Notes: generated by a model not told the origin, from the sequence alone. Positions 47,518 through 60,045 are shown, counted from the whole stretch's first letter. The stretch: 62,715 nt of DNA, filler included, from Globobulimina sp. (GCA_003354225.1; 47 parts of 47 records of this genome joined end to end with filler, not necessarily neighbours in it); one strand, 5' to 3'. Numbers and translations are program-made.

Positions 47518-47866
47518 TTATTCTTGTCCATATTTGCTATTCAATACAGAATTTGCTGTATATTTATCTTTTTCTGGCACATCATTCGATATTTCATAAT
47601 CTGGCCCAAATGTTTTTCCTTCACCACAACAAATAAGCATAAAAATGCCTAATTTTGGTTTCGATGCTGGCTTAAATCCACTCCAAGAAAAATAATAATA
47701 ATATTCTAAATCATTGCTGCCACCACATTCTGAATGTTGTGCAATAAATGCTGTCTCTGCTATGCGGCATAATGCAACAGACATATTTTCATTCCACTTT
47801 GCTAAATTGCTCCAATTATACGTCCAATTTAATACTGATTTGCATGTTTCTCCGGTTTGTACCGGT
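47518..47866 (-). CDS. C-terminal part of a protein with the same ICCGxG Cys domain as 28493-29314
   Basis: CKSVLNW ... ET ... ECGGS..LEYYYYF ... LICCGEGKTF versus CESIINY ... ET ... HCGS...LNYAYDF ... IICCGDGATF. Confidence 0.6.
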
Positions 47867-48022
47867 TCTTCCGGAATTTCAATTGGTGTTTCGGACCTTG
47901 TTGTGCCCGAAAGTAAAAACTCGATTGTAGCCAGCTCTGAAGCCAAGGTTAAAAGCTTCCAGGAGCAGTACGAAATGGGTGTTATTACTGATGGCGAGCG
48001 ATACAATAAAATTATCGATGTA
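47867..48022 (+). CDS. rpoC: Bacterial RNA polymerase beta-prime subunit, internal fragment
   Basis: SGISIGVSDLVVPESKNSIVASSEAKVKSFQEQYEMGVITDGERYNKIIDV matches the conserved RpoC segment GxSxGxxDxxxP...GxxTxGERYNKxID. Confidence 0.9.
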
Positions 48023-48122
48023 NNNNNNNNNNNNNNNNNNNNNNNNNNNNNNNNNNNNNNNNNNNNTTAATTAATTAANNNNNNNNNNNNNNNNNNNNNN
48101 NNNNNNNNNNNNNNNNNNNNNN

Positions 48123-48620
48123 TATGTCAGCGGATATAGACCTTTTAAAACTCATATCCGCAGAGTATCTCCTTATTTTATTGCAATCAGGCAACTGAGG
48201 CAATTCCTGGGAGTTATATCCATTGCTATTCAATTCATTTGTTGCAGTCCCATTTTTCACGATGCTCACATCATTAGTTGTGTGGCTTGCATCTACCTTC
48301 AAATTATGTGATTCTATGTCACCATTTGGCTTTACATGAATGATATAATCACCGATCTTCCTCCAAATAGAACCAGTTCGCATTGGCGAGGGTCCATACG
48401 GAGGGTTTGCGGTTATTATTGGCTCACTGTGATACGTTTTGTCTGTCATTGCTATTTCTGGCTGGTTTGAGATATTGCGACACCTCGGCGAGGTATACTG
48501 ATCATGGTACATTGGCAATGTCTGCTGATTCAAAACATGATCGGAATGAATTAATAAAGATTGCAATTTGGATTCCGCTGAAATTAAACTCTGTATTTTG
48601 GTTTGTTGCGAATCTATCAA
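48123..48620 (-). CDS. Hypothetical protein, partial
   Basis: About 165 open codons, low complexity. Confidence 0.4.
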
Positions 48621-49066
48621 AGTAGTCTTTGCGTTGTTTGTACGAAGTACTTAACCAATTTATACGTCCTCGCAATTCTAACCATTAAGAAAATAATTAA
48701 TATCAACAATCCGGTGAACACTTAATAATAATAATACAAAATCAGCAAATAACAATTCAGTACAAACAATACACACAACATACCATAAAAAACGATCAGT
48801 TTCACGTTCAATTTGTAAATTGTGTCATTCAGGTCTCGGACGACTGGGTCCACGCTGGCATGTGTTCAAACATAATGTATTAATTGGATGCGTGCATGAA
48901 TGCTCTTTTGGGATTTGAGAAAAATACCTGCCACTGCAACTGCATGAAACTGTATTAATGCTGACGAATAGAAGAATGCAAAAAACTCGTGATGCTGATG
49001 AGGACATGATGCTAGTGTAAGGTTGAAGTGCATATAGTACATGATACAAAATATTTTGTTTCAGTC

Positions 49067-49358
49067 ATGTCAGATTGTGTTTCGGTTTTGAAAGATGAAC
49101 AGTACCAGTTGTTGGTTGGTGGCTATGTCAAGCAATTGTCGAAATCTATGGTTATTATTATACCGACGGATATTATATCAATTATTTACGCATTTTTTCC
49201 AAAATTAGACCATTGGAACATGACATTATCGGAAGGTCTTAAGATTGACATCAATGAGCATACGATACAACGATTGCCAACAAACGGTCGGAGCTGGAAA
49301 AATGGCTATGGTTTACAGCAAATAAAACCCAAACAATATGTAAAGCAGCTTCAAAAGG
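49067..49358 (+). CDS. Lineage-specific protein N-terminus (LLVxGY...IPxDII motif), 3'-truncated
   Basis: LLVGGYVKQL...IIPTDIISIIYAFF..DHWN...W.NGYG. The motif is shared with the RCC1 protein at 15361. Confidence 0.6.
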
Positions 49359-49601
49359 NNNNNNNNNNNNNNNNNNNNNNNNNNNNNNNNNNNNNNNNNN
49401 NNTTAATTAATTAANNNNNNNNNNNNNNNNNNNNNNNNNNNNNNNNNNNNNNNNNNNNAGGTTTTTGGATAAAAGTCAAGCTCAGCGAGATGAAGACATG
49501 GGGCTTTTTCACGGATCGTGTAATTGTTCGGTGTTTGACGGATCGATGATTTAATGGATTGTCAAAATTTTCTGTCAATTGCAAGTTCTATGTTTAACAA
49601 A

Positions 49602-50105
49602 TCATGATTTATCAGTATTCTTTTTTTCTTTTCTCCTTTTAGATAAATCCTTTGCAGATAATGCATTGTCCTCTGTCTCTGGTGCTTGACGCAATAGTTC
49701 AGGTCGTATATTTGCCACTGAATTAATGTTTTTATTTGTTTCTCATATGATATAACTGTCAGTGAATAATATTTGATATACTATACCTCCTGATATTGGA
49801 TTACCATATTTATCAGTCTCTGTTATTTCAATTTGCATGACTTCCTCAGTTAGCACTTGAATAGCACCTTGTCCTTCTTCTAGATATTCTCGAATTTTAT
49901 GAGGATCTGTTTCGTGCCGTCTATTTTCATAGTATTCACGTAGAGAGTTTCTGCCTGTGATCTAAAATTAAAAAACAATCAGCAATGAGTATTAATTAAC
50001 ATAGAAACAGTGTTAATTGACCTGCATTTCTAGATCGTTTTTGAGAGTGCGTGGAATCAGCCTTAAAATTTGCTTGTACAATCGCAAAGGTTGAAGTGAA
50101 GACAT
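49602..50105 (-). CDS. LYR-motif protein, LYRM7/Mzm1-like complex III assembly factor; complete 3-exon gene missed by ORF track
   Basis: Exons 50105-50022, 49961-49787 and 49717-49602 with GT-AG introns of 60 and 69 nt. Product: MSSLQPLRLYKQILRL...ND...GRNSLREYYENRRHETDPHKIREYLEEG...VLTEEVMQ...NIRPELL. Confidence 0.75.
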
Positions 50106-50803
50106 GGTTTGAATTAATGTACAAGTTTTCAGTACGATATGTGTGTTACGAATTTTCGTCTGAGAAACATGCAAGTAATGACAAACTCAACACAAATCTA
50201 TAGCAAACAGTTTCTGAATAAATTAAAAGTATAACTGAACCAGGTTATCGTTCGGAATATATCATTTAATTAATTTAGGTACATGCGAACCATCTGCCTG
50301 GAGCCTAGTAACTTTTTAGTTACTTAGCGTATTTAAAGCACTTCAAATGGTTAACTGATTACCATCAATACTGGACATGTATCAATTGAATTAGGGTTCT
50401 GAAACAAAAAGGATCGAAGACATGATTTAGCAGAAACAGTATTTTTTCAAAAAAGTTACACTGTTCGAGTGAGTGCAAAACATGGTGTCCCTGCTTATGT
50501 TTTGATATGTGACCAGACAGAACTCCTTATTGCTCACTTTACATTAAATTATGGGTAACACCAAATCAGATATTAATTTAAGTAAAAAAATACAAAAGAA
50601 AAATCAGAAAATGGACATATTTAAAGCACTTCAAATGGTTAACGATTACCATAAAAACAAAGCATTATTCAAAATAAATAAAAAAAAAGCAATTNNNNNN
50701 NNNNNNNNNNNNNNNNNNNNNNNNNNNNNNNNNNNNNNTTAATTAATTAANNNNNNNNNNNNNNNNNNNNNNNNNNNNNNNNNNNNNNNNNNNNTAGATA
50801 AGA

Positions 50804-52030
50804 CTAATAGTTATAACTTATCCCGAAGCCAAAAGTACGATGCACAGTATGCGGGTAGCCTGCCGCCACATAAGGACTATAGAATTCGATATAATCATCT
50901 TCAAAAATATTTCTTCCCCATAGTTTGACTGACAACTGATCATCTTTGAATCGCTTTTCTATTGTTAGATCTACTTTCAGCATTTCATCTGGTTCTTCCT
51001 TGGTTCCGCCTTGAATTGGTCTCTGGGTAACATAATTAAACTCCTCACCTCTGTAGCATTTAGATGCCCAAAGAACGTGTGCGGAGAGAAACAGGTTGTA
51101 TTTTGGGATGTTATAGTAAGGACGAAATCTTACAATATGTTCGGGTGTACGAGGAGAGCCCTCTGATGATGCAGAGTATTTAGCACCTCCTCCACCCGGG
51201 ACTGGAAGACCTTCAATGTCCCTTTTTAATAAACTGTACGAAATCTCTCCGCTGAAATTTCTGTTCAATGTAAATTTAGCGACAGCTTCACCACCGTACA
51301 TCTCCCCTTTAGAAATGTTGGTGAAGTACATTGGCAATACAAGATAATCCCCAACGATGGACTCTACCGGATCTTTTGTCTCCCAATCGTCATCCAGCCC
51401 AATGAAATCATCCTGCTCGCTGTAAAAACCACTGATATCCAGGTAAACCTTTGGAATTAAACTTGTTCTGATGCCTAATTCTGCAGTCCTGTACTCAGTT
51501 GGCTTAATGTCTTCACCAGGGACGATAGCCACATACATGGATCCATCACCATAAACATCTGCAAATTTATTCTCCATATTGCTGTGAATCAGCCCGGGAG
51601 TCGTGATACTCTTCGAAAGAGCAGACCAGAACGTCAGATTTTCCCTGGGCTTGTATGACAGGCGGATGCTCGGCGAGAATTCCATATCGTTGCTGACCAA
51701 AGTCCATGTTTCAGCCTTCGTTCCCAGTGTTAGATCAATTTGTCGACCCAAACTAAATGTATTCTGAACAAACGCTGCATACAATGCCTCATCCGCTTTC
51801 GGTTCAGTGAACGTTACGTCTGAGTTCGGATTATTTGCGGTATCAAAATTAACATACCGGTAGTTTCCACCCCAAATCAGATCGTTGATTCCAAATTTAA
51901 TATTATCCTGCAATTCAAAATCGACAATGTGCACCGCAGGTTCGTAATATCCATCCGCTCCAACCTCAACCTGTTGGCTCCTGAAATACGTGTTAAAAAA
52001 CATTCAATGGTCATCATTTAACCTGTAATC
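50804..52030 (-). CDS. Bacterial TonB-dependent outer-membrane receptor, C-terminal beta-barrel
   Basis: FSPSIRLSY, PTEYRTAELGIR, GEMYGGE, LWGRNIFEDDY, C-terminal RTFGFGISYNY; intronless and GC-richer. Confidence 0.92.
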
Positions 52031-52130
52031 NNNNNNNNNNNNNNNNNNNNNNNNNNNNNNNNNNNNNNNNNNNNTTAATTAATTAANNNNNNNNNNNNNN
52101 NNNNNNNNNNNNNNNNNNNNNNNNNNNNNN

Positions 52131-52455
52131 TATGGCATGCCTGAAACACGACGAATGATATTGACAATATAATAGTTATTATATTTGAAAATATTAGTCC
52201 TGATTTTATTTGACAGGTACAACTACAACATCTGCAATGAAATGTAATGGTTGGATTTGTTCCCCGATTTGATGGAACTGGCAATAATTGCGTTAGTGTT
52301 GTGAAATTTGTACGCGATTGTGACTGAGTGACAGTGAGTTTACTAGTCCTTGTTAGTTTTGTAGTAGTATTTGTTTTGCTGCGCCGGCATACCCACCGTG
52401 ATTGTGATTTGCTTTTGGTGTCTTTTACGTCATCCTGTACTGACATTACATTCAC
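52131..52455 (-). CDS. Tandem paralog of the adjacent 4-TM protein, N-terminal part
   Basis: CRCCSCTCQIKSGLIFSNIITIILSISFVVFQA versus RCCRGKLTLRQGVIILSSLTILLSVLFIVFEA. Confidence 0.55.
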
Positions 52456-52620
52456 TGTGAAACCAAAAAGTCAAAAAAAAACTGTCTATACAAAATTTGT
52501 TATAAACGTCTTCAAGCTAAACTAGATTTTGTTAATTACAGTATATGATACATAGTTGTGTTCAATTTTGCAAATATATTGAATTTTCATGAATTTCTGT
52601 TTCAATGCATATGTTTTTTA

Positions 52621-53118
52621 TTATTCAATGGCATTATATCCAGGTTTCTTTGCACCAAATGCATTCCATTTAGAATTCCCTGGCCTTATTGCTCGATAGT
52701 ATCTATTTATAACATAGCATGTATAGCCTGTCCATAAAAACAACAAAATTGCCCATGCCGCATCCCAAAAATGCTTCCAATCCTTGCCTTTGGAAAATTT
52801 AACAGCTCCCACTATTATGAATGCAGCCCACCATACACTTAAACATATCGTCCATGCTAAATATGCAAATGTTAATTTATAAAAACTTTGTTTAATAGCA
52901 CCGCAACTTCCAAATAAACCACCAACAACACCGGTGATAGTACCTCCCCATATCCACCATGGGATTAATTCTCTAAAAAATGCCTCAAATACAATGAACA
53001 ATACTGATAATAAAATTGTTAATGAACTTAAAATTATCACTCCTTGGCGTAGTGTCAATTTGCCACGACAACATCTAGCCGTCTCATTGACTGCTGAGCT
53101 CTGTTGTTGCTCAGCCAT
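52621..53118 (-). CDS. Four-TM (tetraspanin/LAPTM-like) protein
   Basis: CC..L.LR.G N-terminus, four hydrophobic helices, complete ORF. Confidence 0.75.
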   Translation of the reverse strand: MAEQQQSSAVNETARCCRGKLTLRQGVIILSSLTILLSVLFIVFEAFFRELIPWWIWGGTITGVVGGLFGSCGAIKQSFYKLTFAYLAWTICLSVWWAAFIIVGAVKFSKGKDWKHFWDAAWAILLFLWTGYTCYVINRYYRAIRPGNSKWNAFGAKKPGYNAIE

Positions 53119-53466
53119 TATTATTATGAAATTGAATCTACTTCACTGAGAAGAAAAAAACTTGCGAGATAAGATAGGAGTGTTATAACTTTTAGCGATG
53201 ATTATCATAATTCGCTAAATTTATTATACATGCCATCGGCATGTGTTCCAGCTGCATATTGTTTTGTATATTATATTTAATCAAATCTCAAAAATGTTGA
53301 TCATGGGAACTTGCTCAATTTGTGCCCTAATTAGTGAGAGTGGAAATGTAATGAAAACTACATGATNNNNNNNNNNNNNNNNNNNNNNNNNNNNNNNNNN
53401 NNNNNNNNNNTTAATTAATTAANNNNNNNNNNNNNNNNNNNNNNNNNNNNNNNNNNNNNNNNNNNN

Positions 53467-54493
53467 TCTTTATCACAATATCTGTTTAATTCTTTTAATG
53501 TCGTTTTTAACTCAGTTTCTAATTTCAATCTTGTTTGTTGTGTTTGTGAATATTTGGTAATTTTGTCATTATACTTTGTACTCGAAACCCGGAAAAATTC
53601 TTCATTTTCACATACAAAATCCTGTACATTTTCAAAAAGATTATATTAGATCTAAAATGGTAATGTTATCACCATTTTCAGTGTGTGCAAGGATAGAAAC
53701 AATGTGCAGGCAAAGTAATAAATGTATAAAAAATAAAAAAAAAGTAACTTTTGCTTTGTATTTTTGCACAACAACTTCCGAAATAAAATCAGAAACAGAT
53801 TCCATTCTATTTTGTTGTTGCTGCCATAATATTTTACATTTACTGTATGATGTTAATAATATATCAGCTCCAATCGCATCTTTTGCAGCTTTTTCATCGT
53901 CCATGTCATCATCATGTCTGTTAATGGATCGTTTAAATTCATTATCCATTTCAGATGAAAATTTATTCCATGTCGTTAGTACTCGTTTATGTTTATCATA
54001 TAACGCATTTATCTCTTTTTGTATTTTTCGAACTTGCTCTCTGGGCTTTATTGCATTTTTTTTAGTTTCACAAAATTGAAATATTGCATTTTGTGAATGT
54101 GAATTGGGTTTCGGTTTTGATTGTAATTCGATAATTTGTGTTTGAAGTGTTTGTTTTTCTCTGTTGTTAAATTTTAATCATTTGTTTTGTATTGAACCAA
54201 TTTCTTCTCTAAGTTGGATGCATTTGTTTCAAGACTGTATAATAATTATTTATTTGGCAAATTATATATTGTTTAAGGGGAACATTTAACTTTGATATAA
54301 ACTTTTTGTCCTTTTGAGATTGTTGTTTATATTCTTCAATTTGTCTCATTAAAGTTTCTTCAATACAACCATCCTCTTCATTGTCCCAATAATCATAAAA
54401 TGCATTCTGTGCATTCTGATTAATTTGATATTTTGTGCCATAGCCAGAGCCATTGTCGTATTTGGATCTTTGTTTCCACACTATTTTGCTCAC
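53467..54493 (-). CDS. Multi-exon coiled-coil protein, possibly degenerate
   Basis: Several heptad-rich ORF pieces (54209-54493, 53641-53949) separated by AT-rich intron-like segments; exon structure not resolved. Confidence 0.35.
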
Positions 54494-54802
54494 TTCAAGC
54501 TAGAAAATCTTTAAACTGCTGATTTGTTTTGGTTCTTGTTGAGTAACTCGTCAGACGGTTTAATATGTGATGTATAGATGTTATATGACAATATTAACAC
54601 AATCAAGAAATACCCAAATTGGCTGCAAACGCAGTCATGATGACATCTGGTGACAAAGCAAGAGAAGTTTGAAAGATTGAATGTCTTACTGGTATTGGTA
54701 TTNNNNNNNNNNNNNNNNNNNNNNNNNNNNNNNNNNNNNNNNNNNNTTAATTAATTAANNNNNNNNNNNNNNNNNNNNNNNNNNNNNNNNNNNNNNNNNN
54801 NN

Positions 54803-56038
54803 CGCATTATGCAGTCCATGGACAGTGTGAAAAAAGGCGTTGTTTCCTCGGTGAAAAGGTCTTTTACGCAAAATAATAAACAAATGAGTCAATTATTCAA
54901 GAAATTAACCACTTTTTTAGAGTCGCAAGAACAGCAAAATGAGCATTTAATGAAACAGAATCAAGATATGTTTGGTAAATATTTACATGAAAATAATGAC
55001 GTAAATAAGAAATTAGGTCGAAGATTTAAGCGATTTGAAGGTGAGTTGAAAGGGAATAAAGACGCCGAAAAGGATAATCAAGCCATGTTTGGGAAGTATC
55101 TGAAAGAGAATAACAAAGTAAATGAGAAATTAGGTCGTAGATTTAAACGGTTTGATAGCGAGTTGAAAGGGAATAAAAATGTGGAAAAGCAGAATCAGAA
55201 AATGTTTGGCAAGTATATGAAGGATGGAAATGCGATATCGGCGAAGTTGAATAGTAAATTTAAGCACTTTTCGCGCGACGTCAAGTCTGAGAAACATAAA
55301 TTGAAGTCGTTGACCACTGCGATACATCAAGAGGAGAAACATCCGCCTAAGCAAATTATTAAAGAGAAGACGAAGATAAAATATAAGACAAAGATACAGA
55401 AAGTGCCCGTGATTAAGAAGGTTATGGTTAAGGCCAAGCCAAAGGTTAAAAAGCCGAAGAAAATCGTCAAGAAAGTAATAAAACCAAAGCCAAAGCCAAA
55501 GCCAAAGACCAAGGTTGCGCCCAAACCAAAGGCACCACCTAAATTAATAAAAAAAGTGGTGCCAAAACCAAAAGTAGCGCCGAGACCAAAAGCACCAGTT
55601 TTCCATCCGGCTGTGGTACAAAGAAGACCAATGATACAGCATCCAATGGCACATCATCCAATGGCTCACCATCCAATGCTTCATCATCTACAGCATCCAA
55701 TGGTTCACCATCCAATGATGCAAAGACCAATGATGGGTGGTATGGGAGGAATGAGTCCAATGATGATGGGTGGTATGAATCCGATGGGTATGGGTGGAAT
55801 GGGTGGAATGTATGGACAGAATCCAATGATGGGTGGTATGGGTGGTATGATGCCAGGAATGGGTGGCATGGGAATGGGTGGCATGGGTGGTATGCCTGGG
55901 AGGGTCCATATCCATCATCATTACCCATCACAACAATTATATAATTCACAACATTATTCTGCGGGAATAGCACCGAATGATGAACAATATGATGAATATG
56001 GTGGAGATGAGCAAGGACAGGGACAGGGACAGGGACAA
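54803..56038 (+). CDS. Block-structured low-complexity protein (39-aa repeats, then K/P, H/P/M, G/M and GQ blocks)
   Basis: About three 117-nt repeats starting at 54959, 55076 and 55193 (NQxMFGKY...KLGRRFKRF..ELKGNK), followed by compositionally distinct blocks. Confidence 0.8.
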
Positions 56039-56635
56039 NNNNNNNNNNNNNNNNNNNNNNNNNNNNNNNNNNNNNNNNNNNNTTAATTAATTAANNNNNN
56101 NNNNNNNNNNNNNNNNNNNNNNNNNNNNNNNNNNNNNNCAATGTATTGTAGAATTTGTTGACCTTATATTTCCTATTTTTGTTGGCGATCAGATTAGCAA
56201 TACTGTATTTCCTATTTTTTTACGCTTATATTTCCTATTTTGTTTGCAATTATCTTGTGTGTAATTAAAAATATATTGCCTCAGCAATACTATAATATAT
56301 ATCGCGAGGTTTTTTTTTGTTCAGACAAAACATTTTTCAGAGCTGATACTTGGCACAGACAACACTTACTGGCTCACCTGCTCTTCTTCACTAATTTCAC
56401 TAATTTCAAACAAATTTAACTTTTGTAAATGACACTATTTTAAATTTGTCTTTACCTCATTTCAATGTTTGATATCCATATTACGTTGCTTTAAAATGTA
56501 AAAAGGAACATTTGTCTAAATTTATCGCAATTTAGTTTACAAAAATTTTAGTTTTGCAGCTGCAACGATTTTTCGCATAATCGCATAAGTGTTCTATTTT
56601 TATTGAAGTTTTCGCATATTTTTTTTATAAAAGAA

Positions 56636-56915
56636 TAAATATATTTATGGATAAGATTGAACAATCTGGGTAGTGTAAATATATTTATGGATAAGATTGA
56701 ATAAATATATTTATGGATAAGATTAAAGCATCTTAGTGTTTGTTGGTAGTTCTTTGGCTACATTAATTATTTTTCTGAATTACAAAAAAAAACATAATGC
56801 TTCTATTTTTTAGATATTTTCAGAGTGTTAAAATTATAGCGAAGAATCTATAAAACTTTTTCACTTTTTTATAAAAGAATAAATATCTTTATCGATAAGA
56901 TTAAACAATCTGGGT
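56636..56915. repeat. Local AT-rich direct repeats (TAAATATATTTATGGATAAGATT x3 plus a degenerate copy)
   Basis: Copies at 56636, 56676 and 56702; degenerate copy near 56880. Confidence 0.8.
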
Positions 56916-57670
56916 ACATCTAGTTATATTTATTACGGTCACAAATTATGCATGGCAATACAAATGGAAATAAATCAAAATAATACGAAATCAAATAATA
57001 ATATATATATTATCATATATGATCCCTTGACATGTCCACCATATGATTAAACCTAATCGGGAACACTACTGTATCTGGTTGTTTATCATTATAGAACTAT
57101 TTCCAAAATATTATTCATTATGCAGTGGTTTAACATGCTTTGATAAAAACATATCCAATGATTATACATTAAAACATATCGAATACATAAAACAACCATA
57201 AAAATGTGTTTTAAATGCAAATAGTGATTCGGTCCAAAACATACTGATATGTTTATACAGCAACTATTTAAAAACAGCAACAACTATATTATACAGCAAC
57301 TATTCTTGATACACCGAAATGAATTAAATCAATGTGTAGGGGGGGCAACAGAGTTGCATTGCGGGTCGATAGACNNNNNNNNNNNNNNNNNNNNNNNNNN
57401 NNNNNNNNNNNNNNNNNNTTAATTAATTAANNNNNNNNNNNNNNNNNNNNNNNNNNNNNNNNNNNNNNNNNNNNATGTAAGAGCAAATTTTGAAATGAAT
57501 TTTTGAATATATATATCTTGATAGATGTTTCAAAGGGACAAGAATCACTTTTTAGAACGCTTGCAGCTAAAGCCCTTCGGTAGTAAACAAAGAGGGGTTT
57601 TCAAATGTTAAGCCTCCGAACTTAATTGGCAGTAGTCTAATGAATTCAACCCGTTTTTTTTTTAAATTAA

Positions 57671-58710
57671 ATGGCAACGTTGCAACTTTTCCTTATCATT
57701 GCATCAACATTGCACAGCTTGTCATGTGGCAAAATTTACGAACTTTTTCATCGAGACCATTATCATGACACAATGCAAGATTTGCCAGTTGGATCTCGCT
57801 ATGCGTCGGTCATTGCATTTTACAATGAAACCTCGCAATGTCAGCGGAGTTTAAAATATTTGCCATTTTCAGCGACCGGATTACCTTCAATCCAACACTT
57901 ATTTTTAGGTCAATATGAATTGTCGACGTCGCGTGATCGAATATGGTATGTTTATGAGCAACATATGGATTTGGCGCAATACGTTGGAATCAACGATTAT
58001 ATGCTTTCAAAACAAGAATGTGAGTGTCCAATCCTTGCATTTATCCCATCGTCATACGCTGACCAAGTAACAGATAATTATTTGGCAAATCCATCCACAG
58101 ACGGCATAAAAATATGGGATTCTGAGTCTGAAACAGATTGGAAACTATGGACATGGCGAAATCTATTGAAAACTGTTCGGATTGTCATGGACTTACCATT
58201 TGATTTCGAGATTACAGTAAAACATCAAACCACGAATACCTATTTACAAAAACAGGGCAAACCGTACACACAAACCATTGCCATTAACTCCATACTGTCT
58301 CACCGGGATCTTACTGTATTTCCAGGGGACACAATATATATTTCACAGAATCCTGAGCCAACCCAACAGTCAAAAAACACACACAACAAACTGGCAAACC
58401 CCATTTATACGATACATGCAAATATGTGGAAATTGCATGTGGTGCACTTCGATGATAATAGCTGGGGCTTTCATGGTAAGCGACCACCGGATATTTCAGC
58501 GAGATGGTTGGCGCAGAGACATTCCACGACGCTGATGACCCACACTCGGAATTTGGTGATGCCTCCAATTTTGCCGGCTATTCACTCGAAAGGTTTCGTT
58601 AAAATGCAAATGCCGACAGGTTGACACTGTTTGTTTCATTTTTGCAATTATAGCGGCTATAAATTCAATTTGATGTAAGGTTTACATGAACGTTTGGTTG
58701 GATTTTATCG
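57671..58710 (+). CDS. Secreted protein, thioredoxin-like N-region, probably followed by a 2OG-oxygenase-like domain; partial
   Basis: Signal peptide, VIAFY...C and CPILAF, then PPILP...GFVKMQMP; probable intron starting near 58620. Confidence 0.5.
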
Positions 58711-58863
58711 NNNNNNNNNNNNNNNNNNNNNNNNNNNNNNNNNNNNNNNNNNNNTTAATTAATTAANNNNNNNNNNNNNNNNNNNNNNNNNNNNNNNNNN
58801 NNNNNNNNNNGTGAAAGCGGTCGCGACATTTTGCATCATGTCTTTTTACATCGATCAAGAATT

Positions 58864-60045
58864 TTATTCATGGATAATGTCATATGATATATCCAACGAA
58901 TTTTGATATTTTGCTTTGTCAATAATCCATAATACAACGCATACGACAGTGGAAAATATTGATGTAACAATAAGAAAATATTCAACATTTACATATTCAT
59001 CCTCACCGCGATCATTTTCTTTGCTTAACACCGCCACCATCAATGGAAATATTGCCAATGCCCCATTTTGAATGGATGTGCACATCCCATATGCTGTAGA
59101 TATTGTTTTTTTATCCACAATGAGCATTATTACCGGCCACGTACAAACCTGATATAATACAAACAATCCAAAATCCACAATTTTCAAATCTAAAAATAAT
59201 TTATAACAAACCTGAAACAAACCGGTTACAACGCCGATAAAACTTAAAGCAATAATTACAAGACAAAGTTCAAGATCTTTATCGATATCTATATCAAATA
59301 TATTATCGATAAGTTTTGCAAATATACAATGTGTGACAGTTAACAGTATCCCGCTTAATATTAAACATTGACATCTTTTACCATTGACATCAACAATATA
59401 TCCAAATATTGGAGTTGTCACAATTGCAATAATCCAAACAATTAATATCAATGTATTTGCTTTTGAGTAGCTGTAATCATAGGTACTATGAATAAATGAC
59501 GAAGCAATATTCATCCAACTCATTGTGATGCCAGAATACAAAACTAATATTAATGTGATTAGCCAATATCTGACATCCCATTTTTTGATATCAAACCAAA
59601 TGTTTTTAGCAAATGTAATCAAATTAAAATCATCCTTGTCATCACTATCAGGCAATAAATTGTCACCCATTTCATCGATGGGTAATGAGGTACGATGGCT
59701 GCGATCGTTTCGATAATAATTAATGTAAATAATTAAAGCAATCAGCAATAAAATGGATATTATTAATAAAAGTATTCCAGAAATAAACGCAAATATAATA
59801 CCATACAAATTGTACAATTCAAATATGATTGAAAATAAAGCAATGTTTGCCAACGCAGCAAATGCAATATTTGTTGACATAGCAAATGATATTTCATTTT
59901 TATCAAAAAATTCACATAAAAATGCTTTTCGAACTACAGTCCATATTTCAGCAAATCCGCCGTACAGTGATCTTCCTATCGCCATCACAATGAAATTGAA
60001 TGATATTTGTTTGATGCAACCAACAACAAATAAAATATGTGAAAT
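58864..60045 (-). CDS. MFS transporter, MFSD1-like, 5'-partial; probable intron near 59149-59211
   Basis: IGRSLYG, TPIFGYIVDVNGKR, WPVIMLIVDK...TAYGMCTSIQNGAL. Confidence 0.85.
   Translation of the reverse strand: MSHILFVVGCIKQISFNFIVMAIGRSLYGGFAEIWTVVRKAFLCEFFDKNEISFAMSTNIAFAALANIALFSIIFELYNLYGIIFAFISGILLLIISILLLIALIIYINYYRNDRSHRTSLPIDEMGDNLLPDSDDKDDFNLITFAKNIWFDIKKWDVRYWLITLILVLYSGITMSWMNIASSFIHSTYDYSYSKANTLILIVWIIAIVTTPIFGYIVDVNGKRCQCLILSGILLTVTHCIFAKLIDNIFDIDIDKDLELCLVIIALSFIGVVTGLFQVCYKLFLDLKIVDFGLFVLYQVCTWPVIMLIVDKKTISTAYGMCTSIQNGALAIFPLMVAVLSKENDRGEDEYVNVEYFLIVTSIFSTVVCVVLWIIDKAKYQNSLDISYDIIHE

Noticed and set aside
47518-48006. Minus-strand 162-aa ORF as a complete gene
   Set aside because: Its first ~45 codons are just the antisense of the rpoC fragment.
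50330-50643. 26-nt direct repeat (50330-50355 and 50618-50643) as LTR or element ends
   Set aside because: Too short, no TG..CA ends or TSD, and no coding content between the copies.
55130-55973. Antisense ORFs over low-complexity genes (also 4578-5186, 22844-23029, 28521-28895, 40765-41082 and others)
   Set aside because: Shadow ORFs produced by codon bias and repeats on the coding strand.
56636-56724. Three 23-nt repeats as a CRISPR array
   Set aside because: Spacers are 17 and 3 nt, irregular and AT-rich; slippage-type duplication.
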